A DNA stretch of 63,601 nucleotides, the filler included, from Octopus bimaculoides (lineage: Eukaryota), in NCBI RefSeq assembly GCF_001194135.2. It is 3 parts of 3 records of this genome, joined end to end, with 100 filler letters (N's around TTAATTAATTAA, not from the genome) between each part and the next. Parts side by side here need not be neighbours in the genome. Positions count along the whole stretch, not along the records: positions 46,369 to 63,601 come from NC_068983.1; 2 more parts are not named here. One strand, 5' to 3'. Of the stretch, positions 49,862 through 63,177 are shown piece after piece; the first letter of the stretch is position 1; each line of letters begins with the position of its first letter. The translations under genes were made by a program, and so were the position numbers. The notes below the pieces were generated by a model that worked only from the letters and a program-made list of their open reading frames with translations, was not told the origin of the DNA and did no database searches.

Positions 49862-51404
49862 CACACTGCTTTCTGTCTAAAACAGGGACACCAGCACCAT
49901 TCAAACAAAGAAATTGAAAACAACCCGAAGCTGCTTGTAGTGAATTGTTCTTCCCTCCTTCTCTCCTTCCTTTCAAGGAGCCATACGGCCTTTGCTCCTC
50001 TGAATTTTGGATGAAATACGTTGAATTGTGCTATTCTTGCGTTATTGTATTGAAAGTTAGTTCAGCAGCCCAACTGTCGAAGCAAGCAAATTGAATTCAG
50101 CACATTCGTATTAGCAGAAAGGAACATGGTGATAGAAGAACTGAAGCCTAGTGTTCGTCTTTATATTCAATTAGCAGCTGGAAAAACACTGAAAATAGTC
50201 GAAAATTAATGGAAAATTAGAGAACTTTTTGTGTTTCACATATTTTTACAGCGACCCATGATGCGAAATGCAGTTTTAAGAAATATTACGACAATCAGTG
50301 TATCAATGTTTCTAGGTTATTTTAGCATTTCCTATTGAAAATGGTCATCATAAGATCACATACATGTACATCTGCGCACACACACACGCACTCACGCACG
50401 CACGCACACACACGCGCACACACGCGCACACACGCGAACACACACATACACACGCACACACACACACACACACGCACACACACACACACACNNNNNNNNN
50501 NNNNNNNNNNNNNNNNNNNNNNNNNNNNNNNNNNNNNNNNNNNNNNNNNNNNNNNNNNNNNNNNNNNNNNNNNNNNNNNNNACACACACACACACACACA
50601 CACACACATTATTCTAATTTTTAAAAACTTTTTGCGAGATCGAATTTATAACTTGAACATTTTTTGTTTGACATTCTAACTTCATTGTTTTGAGACTCAA
50701 GTCAATAAAAAGTCCATAATTAGAAATAGAAAACAAAAAAAAAAACACTAGAATTTTTGACTGAATACCTAACAAGATGTATTATTTTTGTCCTTTTACG
50801 TTCCGAGGTCGACATTGGTTCTTGTCCGTGGCAATTACTGGGCTCGATTCTATCTACTATACACCATCCAATACAATTATTACCCCTACATATATGTGGT
50901 CTTATGTCGATGTGGTAAATTATAATTAGGAAAGGAGAAGTGAGAAGTAAGAAATATGTATTCCATATTTTTACAGCTGTTTCGAAATTCGTTTACAGCT
51001 CATTCACAGTTCACTTACATCATCGACGGTGTATAAGTATAGTTTCTATTTTGTTTTTGTAACACATTTTTATTATATATATATGTATGTATACACATAG
51101 ATGTACAGATACTTGTATGGTAACACAATGAGTAGAATTATTCTTCAGCGTACAATGAGAGCATGTACGTTAAATATCTAATACCCATAAAATATACTGC
51201 GACATACAACTTATGGGTTTCGGGCAAACTTGCAGCTTATCATTTTGCATTGATGCAATTTTTTTACTATAGAAAAAGTTTTCGCTTACCGCTTGTAGAC
51301 TGTGACAGCAATCAATTTACTCTTTGTTTTTGATGATAGTGTCCAATTTTCAATCGTTTTCCGGACTCAGTTGATGTTATTTTGAAGGGAGATAATCTAT
51401 TTCT

Positions 51405-51630
51405 TTATTGCCCACAGGGGGCTAAACATAGAGGAGACAAACAAGGACAGACAAAGGGATTAAGTCGATTACATCGACTCCAGTGCGTAACTGGTACTTA
51501 TTTAATCGACCCCGAAAGGATGACAGACAAAGTCAACCTCGATGGAATTTGAACTCAGAACGTAACGGCAGTCGAAATACCGCTAGGCATTTCGCCCAGC
51601 GTTCTAACGATACCGCCAGCTTGCCGCCTA
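51405..51630 (-). mobile_element. Full Deu/Nin-like SINE
   Basis: Reverse-complement match to the 47371 head and core, different tail. Confidence 0.9.
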
Positions 51631-51831
51631 ATTAACATTGATATTTTTTTCACCAAGATAATCTATTTTGGCTCAGTTTCTTTTCCCCCTATCTGTTGGC
51701 GTGCAATTACCGTTGTACAATATAGCAAAACTTCGACAAAAAACTGAGAGTTTGAATTTGCTCTAGTTGTTGTCTCGGCATTTCGTCGATCGTGAATAAC
51801 ATCAAGTCTGTGGGTTGTATGTATGTATGTA

Positions 51832-51927
<96 letters not shown>

Positions 51928-51954
51928 TATATGAGTGTGTAAATGAATAAATAT

Positions 51955-52365
51955 GTCTTTTATTTTACTTGTTTCAGTCATTAGACTGCGGCCATGCTGG
52001 GCCACCGCCTTGAAGAACTTATAGTCGTATCAATCGACCATAGTACTTATATTTTTAAAGCCTGGTACTTACTCTATCGGTCACTTGGCCTGAATCGCTA
52101 AGTTATGGGGACGTAAACACACCAACACCAGTTGTCAAGCGTTAGTTTCTATGTGTGTGTATGACGGTGGGGGGGACCCAGACACAAAGACACACACACC
52201 ATACAACGGGCTTCTTTCAGTTTCTGTCTGTCAAATCCTCTCACAGGGCTTTGGTCGGCCTGAGGCTGTAGTAAAAGACATTTGTCATAGGTGCTGCTCA
52301 GTGGAACTGAATCCGAAACCATGTGGTTGAGAAGCAAGCTTCTTATTACACAGCCAGGCCTACAC
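51955..52365 (-). mobile_element. Full-length long SINE (head, core, microsatellite, CR1-like tail)
   Basis: Head ggctgtg..agcttgcttctcaaccacatggtttcggattcag; tail ccagcatggccgcagtctaatgactgaaacaagtaaaa. Confidence 0.9.
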
Positions 52366-52633
52366 ATGCATATATCTGTATGTACATGTACACACATTTG
52401 TACATACACTCACGTATATATTTTTATTGGAAGTGTTGAAAATACTTTCTGTTATGTGACTTCTGCTGTTCACGTGATAGTGGCATTCTCGAAACTTGAA
52501 GTAGTTTAAATAGTGAAAGAGCAACATCAACATTACGTTAAATATCTACACTCGACTTTAGTATTGAGTACCTTGGTCCTGTTGTTTGAGAACATACATA
52601 AATATATATATATATATGCATATATATATGTAT

Positions 52634-52667
<34 letters not shown>

Positions 52668-53306
52668 NNNNNNNNNNNNNNNNNNNNNNNNNNNNNNNNN
52701 NNNNNNNNNNNNNNNNNNNNNNNNNNNNNNNNNNNNNNNNNNNNNNNNNNNNNNNNNNNNNNNNNNNNNNNNNNNNNNNNNNNNNNNNNNNNNNNNNNNN
52801 NNNNNNNNNNNNNNNNNNNNNNNNNNNNNNNNNNNNNNNNNNNNNNNNNNNNNNNNNNNNNNNNNNNNNNNNNNNNNNNNNNNNNNNNNNNNNNNNNNNN
52901 NNNNNNNNNNNNNNNNNNNNNNNNNNNNNNNNNNNNNNNNNNNNNNNNNNNNNNNNNNNNNNNNNNNNNNNNNNNNNNNNNNNNNNNNNNNNNNNNNNNN
53001 NNNNNNNNNNNNNNNNNNNNNNNNNNNNNNNNNNNNNNNNNNNNNNNNNNNNNNNNNNNNNNNNNNNNNNNNNNNNNNNNNNNNNNNNNNNNNNNNNNNN
53101 NNNNNNNNNNNNNNNNNNNNNNNNNNNNNNNNNNNNNNNNNNNNNNNNNNNNNNNNNNNNNNNNNNNNNNNNNNNNNNNNNNNNNNNNNNNNNNNNNNNN
53201 NNNNNNNNNNNNNNNNNNNNNNNNNNNNNNNNNNNNNNNNNNNNNNNNNNNNNNNNNNNNNNNNNNNNNNNNNNNNNNNNNNNNNNNNNNNNNNNNNNNN
53301 NNNNNN

Positions 53307-53343
<37 letters not shown>

Positions 53344-53608
53344 AGCTTACAGATACACACGCATATAAAAGACTATGAATATATATGTTTGTATACAACT
53401 ATGTACCTATATATGTATGTGGTAAGAAATTTAATCAAATTTATCGTTGCAGTACACATACTTACACACTTAAAAATAGGTATGTATGTATGTATGTATG
53501 TGTGTGTGTGTGTGTATGTATGTACGTATGTATGTATGTATGCATGTATGTATGCATGTATGTATGTATGTATGTATGTATCTATCTATTTATACATACA
53601 TACATGCA

Positions 53609-53644
<36 letters not shown>

Positions 53645-54180
53645 TATATACATGTATGTATACATATAGACATACAGAGACATATGCGTATGCGTGTGTT
53701 TGTGTGATAAGAAATTTAATCGTGTTTACTATTGATAGCGTAATCGATTGTCAAAACAAACTGGAGGGCTACATCATTATTGAAAGTCGGCCATGTATAA
53801 TTATGGAATTATTATGATAATGATTGAGACATGGAACAGCTGTTTATTGAGGCAACCACTGGTTGAGGAGTAAGAGGGGATAGAAGTAAACACATTTGAA
53901 GGAAGAGGGAGAGGGGGAGGAAGAGGAGAAGAAAAAGAACAAAATATAGGAGAAAAAAAAATCAACGGGTTAGAGAAAGAAACGTTTGGTGGTGGGAGAG
54001 TTGGGTGTTTAGAATTTAGAGTGATTGTCTGATGATAAAAATAATTTTATAAAAAGCTAGAAGATTGGTTTTTTTAAAGAAGGAGATGGAGGAGCAGGAG
54101 GAGGAGGAGAAGAAGAAGAAAAAGAGGAAGAAGAGGAAAGAAGACGGAAAAGTGGATAGAGGAGGAGCAGGAGAAGGAAA

Positions 54181-54224
<44 letters not shown>

Positions 54225-54233
54225 AAAAATGAG

Positions 54234-54395
54234 ATGGGGCATCTCAAGACAGTTACAATACCAGTGATTGTAGGAGCACTTGGAATGATCCCCCCCCCAC
54301 CCACAAAAAAGGAAAAGGAACTGAAAATGCAGGAAGTGCAAAAGATCGTCTTAAATGGTACGTCACTCGCACTGAGAAGAGAATTGTCGCTGTGA
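54234..54395 (+). mobile_element. RLE-type non-LTR 3' end
   Basis: MGHLKTVTIPVIVGALGMI...QEVQKIVLNGTSLALRRELSL*. Confidence 0.8.
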
Positions 54396-54663
54396 ATTTT
54401 CTTTCCTTTCTCCCCTTATCTTCTTTGTTTACCTTTTAATTAAAAAATCTTTTTCCTTTTTCTCTCTGTTTTTCTTCTTTTTCTCTATCACATGACTTTG
54501 TAAATGAACAATCTGGTGTGTTTATTTTAACGGCCTACCAATGTATACAGTGCGTTTCTCTGCCCTAGGTGTCAGGAAGACACTTGGCAAGAAATAGAAA
54601 CAATTGAAAGATGATAATGAAAATAATAATAATAATNNNNNNNNNNTGAAAATAATAATAATG

Positions 54664-54705
<42 letters not shown>

Positions 54706-54865
54706 TGGTTTCTTAAACATTCTCTAGAACAACACTATGTACAAATCGAAATATATGGTACCCTAGGCATAACACCTACATGAACTTCTAACTTGTTGTC
54801 TCTTGAGGTCTCTGGGTGAGACTTGGATCCAACTTGTACAAATGCAAAGCAAAAGTCAAACATAA

Positions 54866-54897
<32 letters not shown>

Positions 54898-54923
54898 AAA
54901 TAATAATAATAATAATAATAATG

Positions 54924-54956
<33 letters not shown>

Positions 54957-54968
54957 GAATGCCTTGTA

Positions 54969-55140
54969 GAACTACAATAAGTTTGTCTCTTAGGGACAGC
55001 AAGGTTTATTAGGAAGGTTCTAAGCACTTGAAAGACTACTGAAAACTTGTGGAAACCAAAGGTATCCACAAGTAGTAACCTACTACCCACATAAATTCTA
55101 CTAGGAATAAGACCGAACCTGAATCAAACTAAATAATAAT
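54969..55140 (+). mobile_element. RLE-type non-LTR extreme 3' end plus UTR
   Basis: ELQ*VCLLGTARFIRKVLST* followed by UTR and a short (TAA)n. Confidence 0.7.
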
Positions 55141-55419
55141 AACGATTCCTTTGTGGTTGTGTACCCCCAGTTCAACTTGGACATAACAGATGTATAATGA
55201 AAAACTTTCCATCCGTGATCATCCCATTATTTTTCTAGCCTTTTCACCCCAGACGCATTCTGTCTAAGGCTATATGGCATATTGGCTTATATCACCTGAC
55301 TACGCATTACACTGTGATCGTTGAATTGCTCTCCAAAATATAATATTTGTATTTTATGAGGATTGCAAAGTAATCTTTAATTTAGTATAATCTGTTATTT
55401 TTTACTGTCATTGATTCAC

Positions 55420-55506
55420 CGAAAATTGTGTTTTGGGCATCGCTTGTGCTTCCTTCTTGCGAAACAAAATCTGATAATTCCATGATTAAGACTTCCTTAA
55501 CTGCAG
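55420..55506 (-). CDS. Orphan exon candidate, 87 nt, phase 1-1 (AVKEVLIMELSDFVSQEGSTSDAQNTIF)
   Basis: Acceptor ttttatcccacaaatttcag, donor gtgaat; open frame within ORF 55382..55564. Confidence 0.42.
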
Positions 55507-57004
55507 CTGAAATTTGTGGGATAAAACCAGACTTAACCAAAGACTTAACCCAAGATAAAACCAAACACCAATTGTTGTTTGTTTTTCTGATGTTATTGCT
55601 GATACTGATGTTATTGTTGTTGATTATTCTGGCAGTACATACAAAACACTAAAATAGGAATCATTATAGGAAAGATTAGCTTAGAGCGTATGTTTTAAAA
55701 ATTAATTTTGTTTAGAAACAGAGGCTGTTTCCATTTACTTCGGACCCCGCCACAAGACCGACATTATTGAAGAGTATATAATTCTTTTTGTTGTTGTTTA
55801 CTCTTATGTCAGCCATTATCCAACAGATCTATGATATCTTTAATTCAGACATAGTGTGTCTAAGGCTAAATTATCCAATGTGTCCTTCCTATTTTGGATG
55901 AAGGATGTGATTTGACAAATTTCTGGCAGCTATTACAACAGTCAGAACAAACAAAAAGAAGATTTTAAAAATTAAGTGAAACAAAAAAATAATAAATTTA
56001 TTTTATGATGCTGCTATAGAATACATATTGGAATATCTTACTCGTCTTATACTAAATTTGGTCATTCCAAAGCAAACGGTTTTACTACGTTTCCAATCCG
56101 CACCGATAAGGGTCATTAGTAAGCAAGTTATTGCAAATGGTTATGATGGCCAAAGCGAGAGTCGTATGTGACAGCAGTTATTTCGTCTCGACACTGCATG
56201 GCATCTCCAGCTAAAGGCGCTTAACTTTCAATGGCTAATTCATTATAACCGTAAAATAACTCAAGCAATATCGAAATAAGTATTTCGCTTGCTTGAAGTG
56301 TCGAGTTCCTGACGTCTTGTGGGTTTACAGAAGGCAACTGGAAACTTCTCTGTATTTTTCCTTAAAAAAATGTATGCACTCGCATCAAGTATAGGATCCT
56401 CTCACAAGTCACTGATACCAACGTTAGCAATATGTTTGTCGAACGTCATGAATAAGCAAAGAAGCAAACGAGCAAAAGTAAATATATTGTATTTTTGTGG
56501 CCTTAAAATTGCAATAGAAATACATGTCGTTTGAAGAATGATATATTATCACGTTGTCAGGCAGTACATGTTAGATATCAATAAAGTCGGTCATTCATTC
56601 GTTTTTGGTATTAAATTGATACAAAACCAACCAGAACAGGAAGTGGGAAACACATGAATTATTGATGAGGCCTGAGTGGAACATATTAGATCGGAATTTC
56701 TTTCGTTGAAATAGATACTTTATTTATCATGGATCCGGATTTGGAATAAGAAATAGAGAATTTTTCTGACAAAGTGATGAACATTCTTTTATTCGTTTTC
56801 TTCCTGATATTGTAAATTTTCAGTTGGTAAAGTTAGAAATGAATCAGGTAGATCCAAAATTAAAAGTGAGAGTTATTTTAATACTGCATCAACCAAATCA
56901 GATTTGTTTTTCTTTTGCGAAACGATTCTTTTCATGATACATTCTTACAACAAAAGGGACACTGGATTAATTTGTCCTTTAAATTCTAGAATAAAAACAC
57001 TCAC

Positions 57005-57105
57005 TGCCTTCTGCCGAGATTGAGGTTGCATCCCTTTCACCTAGATGTTCAACTCCAATTTTAATTGGTTCCAATACAACGGCATAAATGGCATCAAATT
57101 CATTG
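57005..57105 (-). CDS. Orphan exon candidate, 101 nt, phase 2-1 (NEFDAIYAVVLEPIKIGVEHLGERDATSISAEG); 36-nt version if the acceptor is at 57040
   Basis: Strong donor gtgagtg; acceptor ctcttcacttttcaag or catctag; open frame ends in phase 1. Confidence 0.33.
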
Positions 57106-57607
57106 CTTGAAAAGTGAAGAGTTTATTCATATCAATCATAACTTTTGTAATACAAGAATCCTCTTGACATTGGAAGTATATGCTATTTCATCTTGTATCA
57201 TTGATCAATTCCAATTCATGATCCTGTTCATCTTTAACATCTTTGGAGTACTTTATTTCTTTTTGTTAGGAATCTACCAGATGAAGTGACAATTGCTTCA
57301 CCTTTTAATGACATTGCTAATGCTTAAATTTTCTTCATGGATATCTGCAATAGGAGCCATACCACTAAATACAATTTACTGCAGATAAACATAATTATTA
57401 ACCATACTCGTAACTGCAGAATCTATATTTTGATCATAATTCGATGTACCTTAAAACCAGTTGTTGCAAAAGTCATTAGTGAAACTAGCTACATCCAGAG
57501 TGGTTCAGTCTTCTTGTAGGGGAAAAACCCTCTCAAATACTCAAATATTTCCTCTGTGTAAAATAACTAATACTCGCAATTTATATCCTCGCAAACTGTA
57601 AGACAGT

Positions 57608-57800
57608 AAGCTGGCAGAATCGGTAGCACGTCAGGCAAAATGCTTAGCGGCATTTCGTCAGTTTTTAGATTCTGAATTCAAATTTCACTGAGGTCAATTT
57701 CGGAGTCGATAAAATAAGTAGCTGTTGAGCACTGGGGTCAATGTAATCGGTTTACTTCTTTCCCGAAATTGCTGTCTTTGTGCCAAAATTTGTAATCAAT
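57608..57800 (+). mobile_element. Deu/Nin-like SINE
   Basis: aagctggcagaatcggtagc...ggagtcgataaaataagta. Confidence 0.88.
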
Positions 57801-58083
57801 ATCCTTGCAGACTTTAACCATAATATTTACTCCCCTAATGCAACTGCAACTATATATTTTTTTCAAATGAAAGTTGAACTGAAAATGTTTTGTTTCTGAT
57901 AATTCAATAATTTTTCAGGCCGACTTTCATAAATTATGATCGTTTCTAAATCCCAGGATTTACTAGATGAGCGTACATTTACGCGTAAATATCTGCGATT
58001 ACATAAAGCTGTATATTCATCTCAAGAAATATCGAATTTTTCAGAGTTCCTCGTTTGTTTAGTTATTTCACTAATCACATTAA

Positions 58084-58135
<52 letters not shown>

Positions 58136-61100
58136 AATTCATAATGAAGAATCATATAAATTAAATGATAATCATTCTTCGTTAAAACCAAACTTTTATC
58201 TGCAATAACTTTCCTCATAAAAAAGCATTTTTAACTATTGCATTCGTGAAAAATCCTTCAATAGCAACAATTTTGGCATTGTTTTTTTTCCATGAAGATG
58301 ATTATTTTGTTTTGTTGGTCGATTATTTTGGTAGAAGGTTTGTCTGTTTCACCAATATTTTTCTGGAAAAATATTTCCGCGAACGATCTTTAAAAGGGGT
58401 GAAAGACCACTTGTTGAAATACCCGAACATTTCAAAATTGTCTGGAAGTTTATTACTATTATTTTTTTAATAATGCAACTGAGAATTCCAGGGTAATAGA
58501 ATACAATCCCAGAAACTTCCGATTACAGTTTTAGTCAAATTTCTCGATAATTCGGAACCCAGAAATCCCGGGAAAGATAGCTTACCCACAACAATGTAAG
58601 TTTCAATATTTTAGCGTATATTTAATCTGCCTGGAGGAAATAATGCCTTATTTTTATGATACAGTTGCATATATTGTATACACATCCAGGTCGCTATGAG
58701 TGTTAAAAAGCAAACTGATCGAGGGAAAAGGATGGAACGAACGCATTATATATGAGTCCCTCTTACTGAGGCCTTTCAAAATGTATAAAGTGACTGAGTG
58801 GGCATAATATAAATAAAAAAATTCCAGCAAAAACAGAAGCAATGTATGTAGATAATAGCTACATGTGCGTCACAGTACATATCTCATCTCAAACTAAAAA
58901 CGCCGTATTTTGCTCATAACAAAACACACATACACCCACATACATATAGACACACACAAACACACACAAACACACACACACAAACAACATAGACACACAC
59001 ACTCTCTCTCACACACACGCACACTCACACAGACACAGAAACATACACACACAAAAACACATACACATATGTACAAGATACCAAACAATTGAGGTCTTCG
59101 CACATTCGCATACTTCGGTCGATGTTCTTCCGACTGATAAAAGATTATCATTTGAATATATATATATATATATATGAGTGAATGTATGTATGTGTAAGAG
59201 TATGTGTGTGTTTGGGTGGTAGCGTGTGAGTAGATGTATGCGTATAAGAAAGACCCCCCCAAAACAAAAACAAATGATATAAAACAAAAAATAAANNNNN
59301 NNNNNNNNNNNNNNNNNNNNNNNNNNNNNNNNNGCATACTTCGGTCGATGTTCTTCCGACTGATAAAAGATTATCATTTGAATATATATATATATATATA
59401 TGAGTGAATGTATGTATGTGTAAGAGTATGTGTGTGTTTGGGTGGTAGCGTGTGAGTAGATGTATGCGTATAAGAAAGACCCCCCCAAAACAAAAACAAA
59501 TGATATAAAACAAAAAATAAACAAATACAAGAAAGCACAAGTGAGAAAACAAAAACAAAGCTATATTATACATGACGGTGATCTCACATTTTACAATGGA
59601 ATAACTGATTCTTTAAACGATTAAACAGAGTTTACACATCCGAAAGCACAATTTATACTTTCGTTTCACACCAATAATTATGTCTTTCTACGTTTTCTCT
59701 ATTTTTATTGTTTTCTCTTATCTACTTTTTCCGAAATCTTCTTTTCCTTTATCGCTTTGTTCGATATTTGCATATGTATATGCTTGTTTGAGCGAGTGTC
59801 TATATATATATATATACATGTTTTCACTGTGTCTGTGCGTTTACTCATATCTATCTCTATCTCTGCACTACACTTTCCATTCCAGGTACTAAACCATAAC
59901 ACTGTTTTATAACAATACCGAGCAAAATCGAAACGTCTAATAATTACTTTATACAGCTTAAAATGTAACAGGATTTACAAGACTTACATTGTTCCAAACA
60001 AAAGGAAAACAAAATTCAAGCATATATAATGCACACATGTTCTTGCATACATGCAAAAATTCTTGAAACGACGTACATATATGTGAACACAGTAGTTTTT
60101 TCTTTAGACTCCCGCCGACGCATTAAATATAAGCATAAAATGAAGCAGCAAAAGAAGCAATAAAGCTAGACCGTCCAATACCATAGAATAGGAGAACCTA
60201 AAATCATTAGGACAATAACTGGAGTTAACAATAAATATTATGAAGGACGTACACAGGACCGAATCTAAAAGGGAACATATAAGCTGCTGCATACGCACCA
60301 CAACAATAATTTTAATCTAAACGGATATAGACATCTCGTCATCAGCTGCTCTATTGGACATCATTATGGTTTCGACACCTAGCGATACCACTCCACCAAA
60401 AAATATTTAAGTGTTTCCTGGAAAAACCACAAACCAAAAAAAATCCCATAAACTACTATGTACTTATCAAAGAACACTGTACGCAATACACAGCACACAC
60501 GCCTTTCGAAACAAAAAACATGTAATTTTTAATGTATACAACCTGCCTGGAAACAGATGGATACTACAAAAAACAAAAAAAAAACAAAACAAAAACAAAA
60601 AAAAACAAAAAACAAATCAAAAAACAAAAGCAAGAGCAAAACTCATTACGATAATTGAAATAAAAGGGACAAACAGACTTGTGCTCAATAAACAATTAAA
60701 TAAAAAGGAATACAGACACTATTGCTGACTAAACTTATGTACTAATGACTACTAAGACCGAATAAATTAAATGGAAAAAGACATTACACGAATGTTACAA
60801 AACAACAAATCAATTAAATTACAAGTAACAAAGAAAAATTACAAACCACAATTACATCAAATTGCTAACACACGTATTACATACATCAGTGAGACCAACG
60901 TAGTAAATGTACTTAATCTATCTGCAAAGAGATTAAAATTCTTTACGATAAAAGAAATTAAATGGTTAAACAAACATTTGACTTGTGCTTGCTACACGAA
61001 ATTAAATAATAGGAATAAACATACATGAACTATTGTATACTAAAACAATGTCTTGACGACTACCAAAGCGGAATAAATACAATGATAAAGACTTTATATG

Positions 61101-61477
61101 AGTGTAAATTCAGCAATAAATTAAATAAAATTACAAACAATGCAAAGAAAAAAACCGAACCATAAATACACTAACTAGCTAACCTCAGTGTGGCATGCAA
61201 CTGTTAGGCTACCTTGAAAAATCGCATACATACATACATATACATATATACACACATATACACATACAAACATACACGCACACACACATATATATATATG
61301 TACACATGCATATACATACATGCATATATACTTACATTCATACTTATATATATATATTTATATATACATACATATATATAGTCAAATCGAATAAATGAAC
61401 ATTAAAAAATACCAATAACAAACAAGAGGACGTGTACATGGAATATATTAGATTGACACTCGGTAAGAAGAGAGAAT

Positions 61478-61514
61478 TTTTGACGTTTCGAGCATAGCTC
61501 TTCATCGGAAAGTA
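61478..61514 (-). ncRNA. Minimal type-I hammerhead ribozyme motif of the PLE type
   Basis: Reverse complement reads uuu-CCGAUGA-a-gagc-uau-gcuc-GAA-ACGU-C|aaa: stem II gagc/gcuc, palindromic ACGU helix III, U4C variant, weak stem I. Confidence 0.6.
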
Positions 61515-62294
61515 AAACGGATAAGTCTAAAGAAGGAAAGTAATCATTAACAGTAAGTGTGTAGTTACATTGCTAAAATGGCAGAAATTTACCTGCGCCT
61601 ACTATGTTTTTCCTTAAAGGCTACAACTTTCTACTCTTATCTCTCTCTTTCTTCTCCCTCTCCTCTTTTTCTTTCCTAACGACTCCACCTAACTCCCATT
61701 CCTAAATATTTGACCTCTTCTTTTCCTTTTCTTATTCCGGACCATTTCATTTCTTCTAATATTTATCTTTTTATTCTGTACAAATGTGTATGCATTAATG
61801 CGCCAAAGTATTTGTTCACCTTAAAGTCAGCATCCATCAACCTTAACCTTTCTTCTCTCTTTCCTTTTCTTTATTCTTTACAACCTAATACGATTCCCCA
61901 CTCACAAATATGTGATCTATTCTTTCACTTTTCTTACTTACTGCCCATTTTATCTTTTCAAAGTTTTTTTAATTTTGTTTTTATTTTTATTTTTTTATTC
62001 TGTTCTGGCTTCGCCACTTATTTCAAATTACATCTCTGTTGAGTTAATTTGAGATTCCCAAGCGACAATGTAACCTTTATATAGTTAAGGTATCTTCGGC
62101 CAGATGAGTAGGTAGCTGAGTACCCTTCGTCGAGTAATTGTTACATCAGAGGATCTGCTAATTAGGAAACATATTTAACCTGAATTTTACCTGTTCCACT
62201 CCCTCAATTTGGATTTTTATTCACATTCATAGGAACTCTAGTTGCTAACCGTGAGCTATACAATTTATTTTTTCAGCTTATCGAATTTTAATAC

Positions 62295-62495
62295 GGAACT
62301 CATGATCGTGAGATTGTGGTTTCGATTTCTGGATCGGACGACGCGTTGTGTTCTTGAGCAAAATACTTCATTTCACTTTGCTCGAATCCACTCAGGTGGT
62401 AAAAATGAGTAATCCTCCGACGAACCGGCGTCCGTCCAGGTGGGGAATTTATAAGCCATGAAAACCGGGAAACCGGCCCTTATGAGTCAGCATGT
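62295..62495 (+). mobile_element. SINE (9093 family)
   Basis: ggaactcatgatcgtgagattgtggtttcgat...cgacgaaccggcgtccgtccaggtgggg. Confidence 0.85.
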
Positions 62496-63177
62496 CTTTA
62501 CTTTACCTCATAGTACTATCTAATTTAATGTGTGTCCAAACCTTAAAACACCATTAGAGATGCTTGCCTTGCATCATGGCTCCAAGGTATGTTACCATCT
62601 ACACTAGTTGTCTTCTACTGGCCGGGTGTCGCCAACTTCGAAGCTTTGGAAATGAAATTTATTTACTTTTTCCATGCTTCGACTGAGTAAATGAAAACAT
62701 GCCATTAAGTATGCACATATTTAATATGCACATGTACACATTATTGGATGGACACTAACTCCTCTGAGGTCATTTTCCCTCTAACAAGTCTTGTTTTTCA
62801 TCCTGTAAGATGTTCAAAATCACGCTCTTCCACGGTCAAACTTAGGGTCGCTAGTTTAGTCGCTGTGAACCGGGCAAGGATTATATAATCCGGCTTTACA
62901 ATCTTGACTGAAACATGTGCAAGAATGATATAAGTAAATGATTTTAGAATTAACTCCTAAGTCTTGTTTTTTCTTTTATGTATATTCTATGATCTTTATA
63001 AATGAGACAAGCTGCAAGACAAGTTTCACCAAATAACACGAATTCTCTCCCTTGCATTTTCTTTCGAAATATAATGGAGCGCTTCTAGTTCTAAATACTG
63101 GTTATAAGTCGCATACCTTAACTTGTGCCACACACACACACACACACAAAGGTATATACTATATATCTATCTATCTA

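Noticed and set aside
1843-53398. Long ORFs in the track that span N runs or consist of HT/VC/YI/LS repeats
   Set aside because: Artefacts of assembly gaps and microsatellites; no coding signal.
58654-58842. MLLFLLEFF... as a signal-peptide first exon
   Set aside because: The ORF starts at TTG, not ATG, and the hydrophobicity comes from a T-rich tract.
59110-59521. ~185-bp direct duplication across a short gap
   Set aside because: Identical copies on either side of Ns: assembly overlap rather than a tandem repeat.
60335-60385. CTGATGA and GAAAC boxes on the minus strand
   Set aside because: Stems II and III do not pair in any hammerhead topology I could draw.
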